DNA of 64,000 nt from a bacterium. Its GTDB lineage: Bacteria > Patescibacteriota > Microgenomatia > Curtissbacterales > GWA2-41-24. The stretch's first letter is position 1. Each line of letters begins with the position of its first letter. The notes below the pieces were generated by a model. The model was given only the letters and a program-made list of their open reading frames with translations, did no database searches and was not told the origin of the DNA. The stretch is from contig JAKAJD010000002.1 of NCBI GenBank assembly GCA_021813945.1, forward strand, positions 97,343 to 161,342, given 5' to 3'. Positions 52,324 through 62,604 of the stretch are shown one piece after another. Made by a program: the position numbers and the translations under genes.

Positions 52324-52707
52324 ATGTATTTGGGGATTGATTTGGGCAGAAAAAAAACTGGACTTGCAACATCAGATGGCAATTTAGCATCACCGTATAA
52401 AATCATCACTCACAACTCTCTTCGCCAAGCCCTAGAAAAAATAGTCAAAGAAATTGAAATCATCAGTGCCTCAACTGTTGTTCTCGGATTTACTTCTGGA
52501 AGCAACAAAAAATATTTTGAAAATTTCAAACAATTACTCGAAGCCACTTTACCCAAAATAAAAATTGTTATGTGGGAAGAAACACTGACCACTAGACAGG
52601 CACGCCAAACTATGGTTAAACTCCATATACCGCAAAGAAAAAAAGCAAAAAAGGAAGACGCTATTGCAGCCAGCATCATATTGCAGGAATATTTAGATTC
52701 AAAATGA
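52324..52707 (+). CDS. ruvX: Holliday junction resolvase-like protein YqgF/RuvX
   Basis: MYLGIDLGRKKTGLATSD N-terminus (RNase H-like fold), acidic residues conserved, C-terminal SIILQEYL. Confidence 0.85.
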   Translation: MYLGIDLGRKKTGLATSDGNLASPYKIITHNSLRQALEKIVKEIEIISASTVVLGFTSGSNKKYFENFKQLLEATLPKIKIVMWEETLTTRQARQTMVKLHIPQRKKAKKEDAIAASIILQEYLDSK

Positions 52708-52910
52708 TTAAAAAAATTTTGGCACCCGTCCAAGCGTGGATTCTTTTACAAGGGAAATGTGTTGGATGTGGAAAAACGCTGGCATCAGCTAGAAAATTTG
52801 AGCGCATAGATAATTCCCAAAAAGTTATTTGCACTTGCGGGCGTATATTTATTTTTGATAAAAGAAAAGGGAAGTACAAAAGGGCGACATTTGAGGAGGC
52901 TCAAGCTTGA
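52704..52910 (+). CDS. small zinc-ribbon protein (68 aa, CxxC ... CxC)
   Basis: CVGCGKT ... ICTCGRIF. Start overlaps the ruvX stop (ATGA); its stop overlaps the mltG start. Confidence 0.5.
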   Translation: MIKKILAPVQAWILLQGKCVGCGKTLASARKFERIDNSQKVICTCGRIFIFDKRKGKYKRATFEEAQA

Positions 52911-53911
52911 AGACTGTCAAAAAATGGCCTGTTCTATTTGGAGTAATTTTTATCCTTCTAATAATATCTCCTGTCATTCTTTACAAATACTACAACATTC
53001 TTCTGGAGCCACCTTCCAAATCACCTAAGCCCCAACAAGTCTCTTTCGTTGTTACACCTGGTCAACCGCTTGTTCAAATAGCTGCAAATCTTGAGAAGCA
53101 ACATTTAATAAAAAACGCATTTGCTTTCAGACTTTTAGTAGCCCAAATGAGAATTTCCCAAAATATCCAGTTTGGTGATTTCAGCCTTTCTCCCAATATG
53201 TCAGCCAAAGAAATCGCCTCAACTCTAACTCATGGCGCTATAGATGTTTGGGTCACAATCCCTGAAGGTTTAAGGATTGAAGAACAGGCAGCCAGAATCG
53301 AACAAAAACTAAAGTTCGGATCAAATACGGACTATAAATTCGACAAAAAGCAATATATTCAACTCGCCAAAGAAGGGTATATGTTCCCGGATACTTACCT
53401 TATTCCAAAGGATGCAACAGCCCAAGATGTCGCAAATCGTCTTTTGGAAACCTTCAGTCAAAAGATTAACCAATCAGTTTTGGCAAAGGGCCAAGACAGC
53501 GGTCTGTCACCGGAAGACGTAGTAATCCTAGCATCACTTTTGGAAAAAGAAGCAAAAACTAGCGCGGAAAAGCCGATTATTGCAGGAATCATATTAAATA
53601 GAATAAACGCGGGCTTGCCGCTTCAAGTAGATGCCACAGTTTCTTATGCCAAAGGGTACGACACTGCCCAAAACACATGGTGGTCACAAGTTACAACAGC
53701 CGAATATCAAGACATTAGATCACCTTACAATACTTATCTTCATCTAGGCCTCCCGCCGGGCCCCATCTCAAGTCCCGGTCTTGATTCAATCAAAGCCGCC
53801 GCCAATCCGGCCCCAACCGATTATTACTATTACCTTCACGACTCATCCGGAAAAATCCATTACGCCAAAACCAGCCAAGAGCACCAGCAAAACATTCAAA
53901 AATATCTATAG
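52907..53911 (+). CDS. mltG: endolytic murein transglycosylase MltG (YceG family)
   Basis: N-terminal TM helix and YceG domain (GMFPDTYLIPKDATAQDV, conserved catalytic Glu in LLEKEAK). TTG start 8 nt after a strong SD GAGGAGG. Confidence 0.85.
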   Translation: MKTVKKWPVLFGVIFILLIISPVILYKYYNILLEPPSKSPKPQQVSFVVTPGQPLVQIAANLEKQHLIKNAFAFRLLVAQMRISQNIQFGDFSLSPNMSAKEIASTLTHGAIDVWVTIPEGLRIEEQAARIEQKLKFGSNTDYKFDKKQYIQLAKEGYMFPDTYLIPKDATAQDVANRLLETFSQKINQSVLAKGQDSGLSPEDVVILASLLEKEAKTSAEKPIIAGIILNRINAGLPLQVDATVSYAKGYDTAQNTWWSQVTTAEYQDIRSPYNTYLHLGLPPGPISSPGLDSIKAAANPAPTDYYYYLHDSSGKIHYAKTSQEHQQNIQKYL

Positions 53912-53919
53912 CGAAAACG

Positions 53920-53949
53920 TATTGACAAAACCCGGCAGTATGGTATAAA
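53920..53949 (+). promoter_or_regulatory. rpoB promoter: TTGACA-N17-TGgTATAAA (extended -10)
   Basis: -35 TTGACA at 53920-53925; TGGTATAAA at 53941-53949. Leaves an about 170-nt leader before the rpoB GTG. Confidence 0.5.
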
Positions 53950-54120
53950 CTAACAACACACAACCTTTTCAAGGGGTATTTTTGCGTACCTCTCGTTTTT
54001 TGTTGTGTAGGGGCACTTTCCTGTGGATCAACCCAACTACTAGATTCAAAGCTGAAAGAGACTCAGCTCGGGTGATCTTCTTTACCTGCCTGCTTATCAT
54101 TTTAGAAAGCCATTAAGTTC

Positions 54121-57100
54121 GTGACCAAACGTATATCCTGGGGCCAAATAAAAGACATCAATCTACCTGAACTTGACCTTGTGAAAGTTCAGCGCGATTC
54201 ATTTGAGCAGTTTTTACAAACTGGAATCAAAGAAGTTATCGACGAAATCTCTCCAATAGACGATTTCACCGGTAAAAATTTCACACTCTCATTCGGAGAC
54301 TATTCATTTGGTAAAGCAAAGCACTCCCCGGAAGAAGCCGTTAAAAAAGGCGTAACCTACGACGTCCCTTTAAAAATTCAAGCAACCATAACCAATAAAC
54401 AAACAGGTGCCAAAAACACGCAGGAAGTTTTTCTATGCGATCTTCCTCTGATGCTCGAAAAGGGTTCATTTATTGTCAACGGAATCGAAAGGGCGGTTGT
54501 CACTCAACTTGTCAGAGCTCCCGGCGTCTATTATTCAGCAGAAATCGACCCATCAACCGGTAAAGTTCTTTACAATTGTGAAATTAGGCCTCTTCGCGGC
54601 TCTTGGCTGGAATTTGCAATCACCAAAAATGATGTCATAACCGTCAAAATCGACAGAAGAAGAAAGTTCCCGGTCACAACTTTTCTAAGAGCCATTGGTT
54701 TTGAAGATAACGATTCCATAATCAAACTTTTTGAACCTGTTGTTAACGAAACAACCAGGCAGTTTGTCATAAATACTCTCGAAAAAGATTCGACTGAAAA
54801 CCGTGACGAAGCACTTCTAGAAATTTACCGAAGAATGCGCCCGGGAGATCACGTCATCTTAGACAACGCCAAAGCGCTAATAGAAAACATGTTTTTCAAT
54901 GACCGAAGATATTCTCTTGGTAAAGTCGGCAGGTATAAACTCCAAAAGCGTCTAAAACACATCAAAGAAAAGCTTTCTAAAGATCAAAACGAAGATAAAG
55001 AAAGCCAAATTTTAACCTCGTCCGACTTTATTGCTTCAATTGCCTATTTATTTGAACTTCTAGCTGGAAACGGCAGGGTAGACGATATTGACCATTTGGG
55101 CAATAGGCGCTTAAGGCGAGTTGGCGAGCTCGTTGCTCAAAACGCTTTTAGAATCGGAATGCTTAGACTCGAGCGGGTCATTAAGGAAAGAATGAGCCTT
55201 ACCCCTGTAGACGAACCCCTTCCTTCCCCCGCAACTTTAGTCAACGCCCGCCCAATAATATCAGCCATAAACGAATTTTTCCGCTCATCACAGCTTTCAA
55301 CCATTCTCGACCAAACAAATCCACTTGCAGAACTCGACAATCTAAGACGTCTCACTGTTATGGGAACAGGCGGTATAGCAAGGGAAAGGGCAGCCTTTTC
55401 AATCCGCGACATTAACCATTCACAGTATTCCCGAATTTGTCCTATCCGTTCTCCCGAAGGCCCAAATATCGGTCTCGTTACCTATATGGCACTTTACTGC
55501 CGAGTAAACGAATACGGATTTTTGGAAGCTCCGTACCGCAAAGTTGTAAAAGACACAAACGGTAAAGCAAAAGCCACAAACGAAATTGTTTATTTAGCAG
55601 CAGACGATGAAGAGGACTATTACATTACCCACGCCCAAATTCAAGTTGACGCCAAAGGTTACATTGTCGACGAAAGAGTGCCAGTTCGCTACAAGGGAGA
55701 ATTTACAACTGCAACCCAAAACATGGTCAACTTTATAGATGTTGTTCCCAGACAAGTTGTTGGAACCTCCGCATCTCTAATTCCATTTTTGGCGCATGAC
55801 GAAGCAAACCGCGCTCTCATGGGAACTCACATGCAATGCCAAGCCGTTCCTCTTATTCAACCTCAAGCACCTATTGTGGGAACTGGCATGGAAGAGGTTG
55901 TAGGCATAAACATGGGTCGGGCAATCCATGCCCCTCAAGATGGAGATGTAATTTATGTTGACAGCAAAAAAGTTATTATAAAAGTTAAAAACAAAGCGAA
56001 TAAATCGGAAGAAATTACAATTCCGCTTCAAAAATTTGCCCGTTCTCCTCAAAGCACTTGTTATTCACAAAGACCTCGGGTCACCACAGGCCAAAGGGTT
56101 AAAAAGGGAGATATTCTTATAGACGGCTCTGCTACCGATAACGGTGAACTTTCCCTTGGCCAAAATTTAACAATAGCCTACATGAGTTTCGACGGCCTTG
56201 GTTACGAAGACGCCATAGTTATCTCCGACAGGCTCTCTAAAGATGATGTTCTTACATCTATCCATATTGAAGAATACGAAACATCCGTTGTCGAAACCAA
56301 ACTGGGAGTTGAAGAAACAACCCGCGATATTCCTAATGTTTCCGAAGAAGACCTTGCCAATTTAGACGACGACGGAATAGTTGTTGTCGGCGCAGAAGTC
56401 GGCCCGAACGACATTTTGGTTGGCAAAATTGCTCCCAAAGGTGAAACAGAACTCACCGCCGAAGAAAGATTGCTTCGAACAATCTTTGGTGAAAAGGCTA
56501 GAGAAGTTCGGGATACTTCTTTAAGAATGCCTCATGGAGAAAAGGGAACAGTAATAGACATTAAAATACTTTCCCGCGACAAGGGAGACGAGCTGGAACA
56601 CGGAGCAGTTTCCAAAATCGTCGTTAAAGTCGCCCAAATGCGAAAAGTTGTAGTCGGGGACAAACTGGCAGGTCGCCACGGTAACAAAGGTGTTATCTCT
56701 AAAATTGTCCCCCAGGCCGACATGCCTTACATGGAAGACGGTACCCCAATTGATATCATCATCAGTCCCCTCTCGGTTCTTTCTAGAATGAACTTGGGTC
56801 AGCTTTTGGAAACCCATCTTGGTTGGGCAGCCGAAAAACTCGGCTACAAAGTTGCTCTTCCAGTGTTTGAACACATCAACGAAAACGATATTGTCACGGA
56901 GCTTAAAAAAGCAGGCCTTCCGCAAGATGGCCGTACAACTTTATACGATGGCCGAACAGGCAAAGCATTTGATCGCCCAATTGTTGTCGGAAAAGCCTAC
57001 ATTTTAAAGCTCATTCACATGGTTGAAGACAAAACCCATGCCCGCTCAACAGGTCCTTATTCTCTAATTACTCAACAACCTTTGGGCGGTAAGGCTCAAA

Positions 57101-57486
57101 TGGGTGGCCAAAGGTTAGGGGAAATGGAAGTCTGGGCACTTGAAGCCTACGGCGCAGCCTACACTTTGCAGGAAATGTTGACCATCAAATCCGACGACGT
57201 AGTTGGCCGGGCCAAAGCTTTTGAGGCCATCATCAAAGGTGAGGAAATTCCGCAAGCCCTAATTCCGGAATCATTTAAGGTTCTAGTCAAAGAGTTAAAC
57301 AGCCTCTCCTTAAACGTTCAAACAGTTGGAGCCAAAACTGTAGAAGAAGCAAAAGTTACTCCTCAAACCGAAGAAGAGGCTAAAAAAGCATTGGAACTTG
57401 CGGTTGCGTCCGGTGAAGAAATAGTTGGAGTTGAAAGTGAAATTGCAAAAGCAACAAGTCCAATGGAATTGGAGGAGGCAGCATAG
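54121..57486 (+). CDS. rpoB: DNA-directed RNA polymerase subunit beta
   Basis: Full-length beta subunit, 1121 aa, with conserved blocks (GSWLEFA, NDRRYSLGKVGRYK, FGEMEVWALEAYGAAYTLQE). GTG start. Confidence 0.97.
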   Translation: MTKRISWGQIKDINLPELDLVKVQRDSFEQFLQTGIKEVIDEISPIDDFTGKNFTLSFGDYSFGKAKHSPEEAVKKGVTYDVPLKIQATITNKQTGAKNTQEVFLCDLPLMLEKGSFIVNGIERAVVTQLVRAPGVYYSAEIDPSTGKVLYNCEIRPLRGSWLEFAITKNDVITVKIDRRRKFPVTTFLRAIGFEDNDSIIKLFEPVVNETTRQFVINTLEKDSTENRDEALLEIYRRMRPGDHVILDNAKALIENMFFNDRRYSLGKVGRYKLQKRLKHIKEKLSKDQNEDKESQILTSSDFIASIAYLFELLAGNGRVDDIDHLGNRRLRRVGELVAQNAFRIGMLRLERVIKERMSLTPVDEPLPSPATLVNARPIISAINEFFRSSQLSTILDQTNPLAELDNLRRLTVMGTGGIARERAAFSIRDINHSQYSRICPIRSPEGPNIGLVTYMALYCRVNEYGFLEAPYRKVVKDTNGKAKATNEIVYLAADDEEDYYITHAQIQVDAKGYIVDERVPVRYKGEFTTATQNMVNFIDVVPRQVVGTSASLIPFLAHDEANRALMGTHMQCQAVPLIQPQAPIVGTGMEEVVGINMGRAIHAPQDGDVIYVDSKKVIIKVKNKANKSEEITIPLQKFARSPQSTCYSQRPRVTTGQRVKKGDILIDGSATDNGELSLGQNLTIAYMSFDGLGYEDAIVISDRLSKDDVLTSIHIEEYETSVVETKLGVEETTRDIPNVSEEDLANLDDDGIVVVGAEVGPNDILVGKIAPKGETELTAEERLLRTIFGEKAREVRDTSLRMPHGEKGTVIDIKILSRDKGDELEHGAVSKIVVKVAQMRKVVVGDKLAGRHGNKGVISKIVPQADMPYMEDGTPIDIIISPLSVLSRMNLGQLLETHLGWAAEKLGYKVALPVFEHINENDIVTELKKAGLPQDGRTTLYDGRTGKAFDRPIVVGKAYILKLIHMVEDKTHARSTGPYSLITQQPLGGKAQMGGQRLGEMEVWALEAYGAAYTLQEMLTIKSDDVVGRAKAFEAIIKGEEIPQALIPESFKVLVKELNSLSLNVQTVGAKTVEEAKVTPQTEEEAKKALELAVASGEEIVGVESEIAKATSPMELEEAA

Positions 57487-57487
57487 C

Positions 57488-60400
57488 ATGAATGAATTAA
57501 TCGATTTTGAATCATTAAAATTAACCTTGGCATCAACAGATGACATCAAGACTTGGTCATTTGGTGAAGTCACCAAACCTGAAACCATAAATTACCGCAC
57601 GCTAAAGCCCGAAAAAGATGGTCTTTTTGACGAGCGAATTTTTGGACCAACTAAGGATTGGGAATGTTACTGCGGAAAGTACAAAAGAATTCGCTACAAA
57701 GGCATAATTTGCGACAAATGTGGAGTGGAAGTTACCCACTCCCGAGTCAGACGAGAACGAATGGGTCATATCTCACTTGCTGCACCAGTCGTCCACAACT
57801 GGTTTTTTAAAGGCAGCCCTTCAAAGCTTGGCTTGCTTTTGGACGTTTCGCCAAGATCGCTTGATGCAGTTATTTACTTCGCGTCATACCTTGTCGTAAA
57901 CGTCGATGCCGACAAGAAAAAAGAAGTTCTCAAAAAATTAGAAGATGAAGTCGAAAAGAAAAGAAAAGAACAGCAACAAAGCTTAAAACAACGCCTCGAC
58001 GAACAGGAAAAAGAATCTAAAAAAGAAGTAACTGCGATCAAATCGACCGGCAAAGGCAAAGAGCAGGCTGAGCTCAAAATAGAGGAAGCCCAGCTCAGCA
58101 TGCGCCAGCGCCAGGCAAAACTTCGCGAAGAAAACGCCCAAGAAGTATCAAGGCTGGAAGAGATCTATAAAAACATTTCAGATATGGTCAACTCCATTAA
58201 GCAATTCGATCTCCTTTCAGAAGAAGAATATCTCAAGCTTTCCGATTACGAAGCTGAGGAATTTTTAACGGTCGGCATGGGTGCAGAAGCCGTTTATTCG
58301 GTCTTAGACAAACTTGATCTTGCCAAACTTTCAGTCTCACTACGATCAGAAATTGCCAAAACCTCAGGCCAAAGGCACATCAAGGCAACCAAACGTCTTC
58401 GTGTTGTGGAAAGCATGAGAAAGGCAAGTGTAGATCCGAAATGGATGATCATAAAAGCCCTGCCGGTTCTTCCGCCAGATCTTCGCCCAATGGTTCAGCT
58501 TTCAGGTGGGAGATTTGCAACATCAGACCTTAACGACCTTTACCGAAGAGTCATAAATCGCAACAATCGCCTTAAAAAGTTGATTGAACTCGGAGCTCCG
58601 GAAATTATTCTCCGAAACGAAAAGAGAATGCTCCAAGAAGCGGTTGATGCTCTTATCGATTCGCAAAGAGTTAAAAGCACCCGCGCATCTCAGGAACTAA
58701 GATCACTTTCCGACATGCTTCGCGGAAAACAAGGTCGCTTTAGACAAAATCTACTCGGGAAACGTGTTGACTATTCCGGACGTTCTGTAATAGTCGTCGG
58801 TCCCGAGCTTGGCCTTCAACAAGCTGGAATTCCCAAAGAAATGGCATTGGAAATGTTTAAGCCCTTTGTTCTAAGAGAAGTCATTAACCGCGGTTATGCT
58901 CCAAATGTCAAAAGCGCCAAGCATTATCTAGAAAGAAGAAGTGGGGAAGTCTGGGACATTTTGGAGGAAATAACTGTCAACCATCCGATTCTTCTCAACC
59001 GTGCACCTACACTGCACAGGTTAGGAATTCAAGCTTTCTATCCAATACTTATAGAAGGCGATGCCATAAGAATTCATCCTTGTATCTGTGCCGGATTTAA
59101 TGCAGATTTCGACGGCGACCAAATGGCAATTCATGTGCCTCTTTCTGCAAAATCCAAAGAAGAAGCAACAAGTCTTATGATGGCAGCTCGAAATCTTGTC
59201 AGGCCGGCAGACGGCTCTCCCATCACACTTCCCAATAAGGAAATGGCACTTGGCGCTTACTTTTTAACTTCCCAAGACCCAAATCTGAATGAGTATGCAA
59301 ATATTTTTGAAAGCGAAACCGAAGTGCAAACGGCCTTAGCTACTGGAAAAATTACTGTTCGTCAACCCATTTCTGTAAAAATAGACGGCAAAATCATAAA
59401 AACCACTCCTGGCCGAGTTTTATTTAACCTTCAACTTCCCGAAAGCATGCGGTTTATAAACGAAACAATTTCTGCATCTATGATCAAAAAGATCATAAAT
59501 GATGCCATAGACCAAATTTCAGAAGAAGAAGTTTCTTCCCTAATCGACAGACTAAAAGGTTTAGGTTTTGAAGGTGCAACCTCTTCGGGACTTTCAGTTT
59601 CAGTTTTTGACTGTATCATAGTCGGTGATAAATCAAAAATTATCCAAAGGGCAGATAAAGAAGTTGAAGCAATCGAAAAGAATTACAAAATGGGACTTAT
59701 CACCAAAGAAGAGCAAAAAAGGCTTTCTCAAGAAGTTTGGCTTTCTGTAACAAACGAACTTGCGGATTTAACTTGGAGAAACCTGAGCCACGACAATGCC
59801 ATTAAAATTATCTCCGATTCGGGAGGATCTAGGGCAACTGCCGAACAAATTAAGCAGCTTTCCGCCATGAGAGGCTTGGTGACTGACCCCTCAGGCCAAA
59901 TCGTGCCGCTGCCTATCAAATCAAACTTCCGTGAAGGTCTCTCGGTTTTCGAATACTTCACCAGTGCCCGAGGTGCGAGAAAAGGTCTTGCAGACCGTGC
60001 GATCAAAACTGCAGAATCTGGTTACCTAACAAGAAGGCTCGTCGATGTTGCACACGACGCCATAATTAGAATCGAAGACTGCAAAACCAAAGAAGGGATA
60101 GTCATTTCTAAACGAGACAAACGCCAAGCGCCTTTTGTTCTAAGAATAATTGGCCGTGTTTCACCACTGGATATAACAGCACCCAAGGGTAAAAAAGTTT
60201 TGGTACCGGCAGGCACTTTAATAGACGAAGCAATGGCACGCGCTATCGATGCTGCGGGGGTTGAAGAAATTACCGTCCGCTCATCCTTAACTTGCCACGC
60301 AAGACATGGGCTTTGCAGCCTTTGTTACGGTCGTGACCTAGTAACCCGCAAGCTAGTTGCTCTTGGAACACCCGTTGGAGTCATAGCTGCCCAAAGTATT

Positions 60401-61171
60401 GGCGAACCAGGAACTCAGCTTACCATGAGAACTTTCCACACCGGCGGAATTGTCGGCTTAGATATTACTCAAGGTCTTCCACGTGTTGAAGAACTTTTCG
60501 AAGCCAGAACACCTAAATATGCCGCTCAAATTTCCGAAATTTCCGGTAAAGCTAAAATTGAAGAAAACGAAGAAGGTTATATCATCCGCATCAAAAGTAC
60601 CAATCTTAAACCCGCAGTTGAAAGGGAATATTTCATACCGCCTACATCAGAATTAACTATAGAAGATGGCCAGCTCATAGCAGCAGGTACTCCGCTTTCC
60701 ACGGGTTATCTTGACATCAAAGAAATTCTTGGAATTTCCGGACTTCGAGATGCCCAAAAGTATATTATTTCCGGTGCTCAAGAAGTTTACGAAAGCCAGG
60801 GTGTTGCCATAAACGACAAACATTTTGAAGCAATCGTAAAACAAATGAGCTCTAAAGTTAGGATTGAAACCTCCGGAGATACTGTTCTTCTGCCGGGTGA
60901 ACTAATAGACCGAAACAGGTTCCAGGAAGAAAATTCCAAAGTTCTTGCAGAAGGCGGCGAACCTGCAACAGCTCAAGTTGTTATACTTGGAATAACTCGT
61001 GCGGCTCTTTATACAGAAAGCTTCTTGTCTGCAGCCTCATTCCAAGAAACAACGCGAATCTTAACCGATGCGGCTATTGAGGGCAAGGTGGACAAACTAT
61101 TAGGCCTGAAGGAAAACGTAATTATTGGAAGGCTTATTCCTACAAATCCTGAAAGGGCAAAAATCCAGTAA
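57488..61171 (+). CDS. rpoC: DNA-directed RNA polymerase subunit beta-prime
   Basis: Zinc finger CYCGKYKRIRYKGIICDKCGVEV, catalytic NADFDGD, trigger-loop and jaw regions. ATG at 57488 is 1 nt after the rpoB stop. Confidence 0.97.
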   Translation: MNELIDFESLKLTLASTDDIKTWSFGEVTKPETINYRTLKPEKDGLFDERIFGPTKDWECYCGKYKRIRYKGIICDKCGVEVTHSRVRRERMGHISLAAPVVHNWFFKGSPSKLGLLLDVSPRSLDAVIYFASYLVVNVDADKKKEVLKKLEDEVEKKRKEQQQSLKQRLDEQEKESKKEVTAIKSTGKGKEQAELKIEEAQLSMRQRQAKLREENAQEVSRLEEIYKNISDMVNSIKQFDLLSEEEYLKLSDYEAEEFLTVGMGAEAVYSVLDKLDLAKLSVSLRSEIAKTSGQRHIKATKRLRVVESMRKASVDPKWMIIKALPVLPPDLRPMVQLSGGRFATSDLNDLYRRVINRNNRLKKLIELGAPEIILRNEKRMLQEAVDALIDSQRVKSTRASQELRSLSDMLRGKQGRFRQNLLGKRVDYSGRSVIVVGPELGLQQAGIPKEMALEMFKPFVLREVINRGYAPNVKSAKHYLERRSGEVWDILEEITVNHPILLNRAPTLHRLGIQAFYPILIEGDAIRIHPCICAGFNADFDGDQMAIHVPLSAKSKEEATSLMMAARNLVRPADGSPITLPNKEMALGAYFLTSQDPNLNEYANIFESETEVQTALATGKITVRQPISVKIDGKIIKTTPGRVLFNLQLPESMRFINETISASMIKKIINDAIDQISEEEVSSLIDRLKGLGFEGATSSGLSVSVFDCIIVGDKSKIIQRADKEVEAIEKNYKMGLITKEEQKRLSQEVWLSVTNELADLTWRNLSHDNAIKIISDSGGSRATAEQIKQLSAMRGLVTDPSGQIVPLPIKSNFREGLSVFEYFTSARGARKGLADRAIKTAESGYLTRRLVDVAHDAIIRIEDCKTKEGIVISKRDKRQAPFVLRIIGRVSPLDITAPKGKKVLVPAGTLIDEAMARAIDAAGVEEITVRSSLTCHARHGLCSLCYGRDLVTRKLVALGTPVGVIAAQSIGEPGTQLTMRTFHTGGIVGLDITQGLPRVEELFEARTPKYAAQISEISGKAKIEENEEGYIIRIKSTNLKPAVEREYFIPPTSELTIEDGQLIAAGTPLSTGYLDIKEILGISGLRDAQKYIISGAQEVYESQGVAINDKHFEAIVKQMSSKVRIETSGDTVLLPGELIDRNRFQEENSKVLAEGGEPATAQVVILGITRAALYTESFLSAASFQETTRILTDAAIEGKVDKLLGLKENVIIGRLIPTNPERAKIQ

Positions 61172-61227
61172 GGCTCAAAACTACTCGACACCCAAATTAG
61201 AGATTGATATAATTACCAGACGTTTAT

Positions 61228-61695
61228 ATGCCAACAATAAACCAATTGATTCGAAAAAGACGAAGCACAAAACCCAAAAGGGTAAGGGCTACTGCGCTGC
61301 GTCGTGCTTTCAATTCTAAATTCAACCGCTACGTTGCTTATCCGGCAAGCCAAAAGCGGGGAGTTTGCACGGTGGTAAAAACAATGACGCCTAAAAAGCC
61401 TAATTCTGCTTTAAGAAAAGTTGCTCGTGTGCGCCTTTCAAATAAACAAGAAGTCACAGCCTATATTCCTGGAATTGGTCATGAGCTTGCCGAGCACTCT
61501 GTTGTTTTGGTCAGGGGTGGAAGAGTCAAAGATCTTCCAGGTGTTAAATATCACATCGTTCGCGGCAAATACGACACGACAGGTGTCGTTAACAGAAAAC
61601 AGGCAAGATCATTATATGGAACAAAAAAATCGGGAGCAGTTTCCGGTACTCAAGCCGCCGCTTCAATTGGCGCCGGAGCAGTAGGAGCAAAGTAG
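61228..61695 (+). CDS. rpsL: 30S ribosomal protein S12 with about 20-aa Ala/Gly-rich C-terminal extension
   Basis: [12 protein letters not shown] ... [18 protein letters not shown] ... [17 protein letters not shown], then the extra tail [21 protein letters not shown]. Confidence 0.95.
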   Translation: MPTINQLIRKRRSTKPKRVRATALRRAFNSKFNRYVAYPASQKRGVCTVVKTMTPKKPNSALRKVARVRLSNKQEVTAYIPGIGHELAEHSVVLVRGGRVKDLPGVKYHIVRGKYDTTGVVNRKQARSLYGTKKSGAVSGTQAAASIGAGAVGAK

Positions 61696-61696
61696 C

Positions 61697-62194
61697 ATGC
61701 CAAGAACTGGAAAAATTGAAAAAAGACAGATTCAGCCCGATCCAATGTACCAAAATCCTTTGGTTGCCCGGCTTATCAACAAAGTAATGCAAAGTGGCAA
61801 AAAATCAATTGCCCAAAAAATTGTTTATGAATCGTTTCAAAATATCCAAAATCAAGGCCAAGACCCTTTAAAAACTTTTGAAAAGGCGCTTGAAAATGTT
61901 ATGCCGAAAATGGAAGTAAGGCCTCGCCGAGTTGGTGGTGCTTCATATATGGTTCCTATGGAAGTTAGAGGCCCTAGACGCCAATCTCTCGCTCTTACTT
62001 GGATTGTTGAGGCAGCTAGATCGCAGTCAGCGTCAGGCATTTCCCAAAAACCCAAAAACAAACCGCTTATGATTGTAAAACTAACCGATGAAATTATAAA
62101 AGCAGCCGAAGGAACCGGCAGTGCAGTAGCCAAAAAGGAGGGAATGCACAGAATGGCAGAGGCCAACAAAGCCTTTGCCCACTTTAGGTGGTAA
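61697..62194 (+). CDS. rpsG: 30S ribosomal protein S7
   Basis: [18 protein letters not shown]...[17 protein letters not shown]...[16 protein letters not shown] matches uS7. Confidence 0.95.
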   Translation: MPRTGKIEKRQIQPDPMYQNPLVARLINKVMQSGKKSIAQKIVYESFQNIQNQGQDPLKTFEKALENVMPKMEVRPRRVGGASYMVPMEVRGPRRQSLALTWIVEAARSQSASGISQKPKNKPLMIVKLTDEIIKAAEGTGSAVAKKEGMHRMAEANKAFAHFRW

Positions 62195-62295
62195 TCTGCA
62201 AACCTAAAGCAGGCTCATTTCAAGTTCTGGATAATAATTGACTCTTGTGATATGATCCTGCATTAGTTTCCAATTTTTATAAAAAAATTTAGGTT

Positions 62296-62544
62296 ATGGC
62301 TATATCAAAAACGCAAAAATTAAAACAGTTAAAAGCAAAGCTTTCGGAGCTTGAGGAAGTCAAGCTTAAACAAGCTCTTGCTAAATATGGTGAAGCGTAT
62401 CAGGAATCAAGTTCTGCCTGGCAGGAAAATGCTGCTTGGGAGCTGGCAGACGAAGAAGTTTCTGTCCTTCGGGCTATGGTTGCCGAAGTTAAAAGTGAAA
62501 TCAAAGGCTTAGAGCACCAAGTAGAGTCAAAGTCAAAACAATAA
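62296..62544 (+). CDS. hypothetical coiled-coil protein (82 aa) inserted between rpsG and fusA
   Basis: Clean ORF with heptad-like K/E/L pattern. No family recognised. Confidence 0.4.
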   Translation: MAISKTQKLKQLKAKLSELEEVKLKQALAKYGEAYQESSSAWQENAAWELADEEVSVLRAMVAEVKSEIKGLEHQVESKSKQ

Positions 62545-62604
62545 TTCCCCATTTCTATGCCCGCAAAAAGACTCTACAATAAGATAACTCACAAGGAATT
62601 TTAA

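Noticed and set aside
61633..61695. Possibility that the rpsL C-terminal extension reflects a frameshift or sequencing error
   Set aside because: The reading frame stays open and ends cleanly 1 nt before the rpsG ATG with normal spacing. Kept as a genuine short Ala/Gly-rich extension, but flagged in the feature call.
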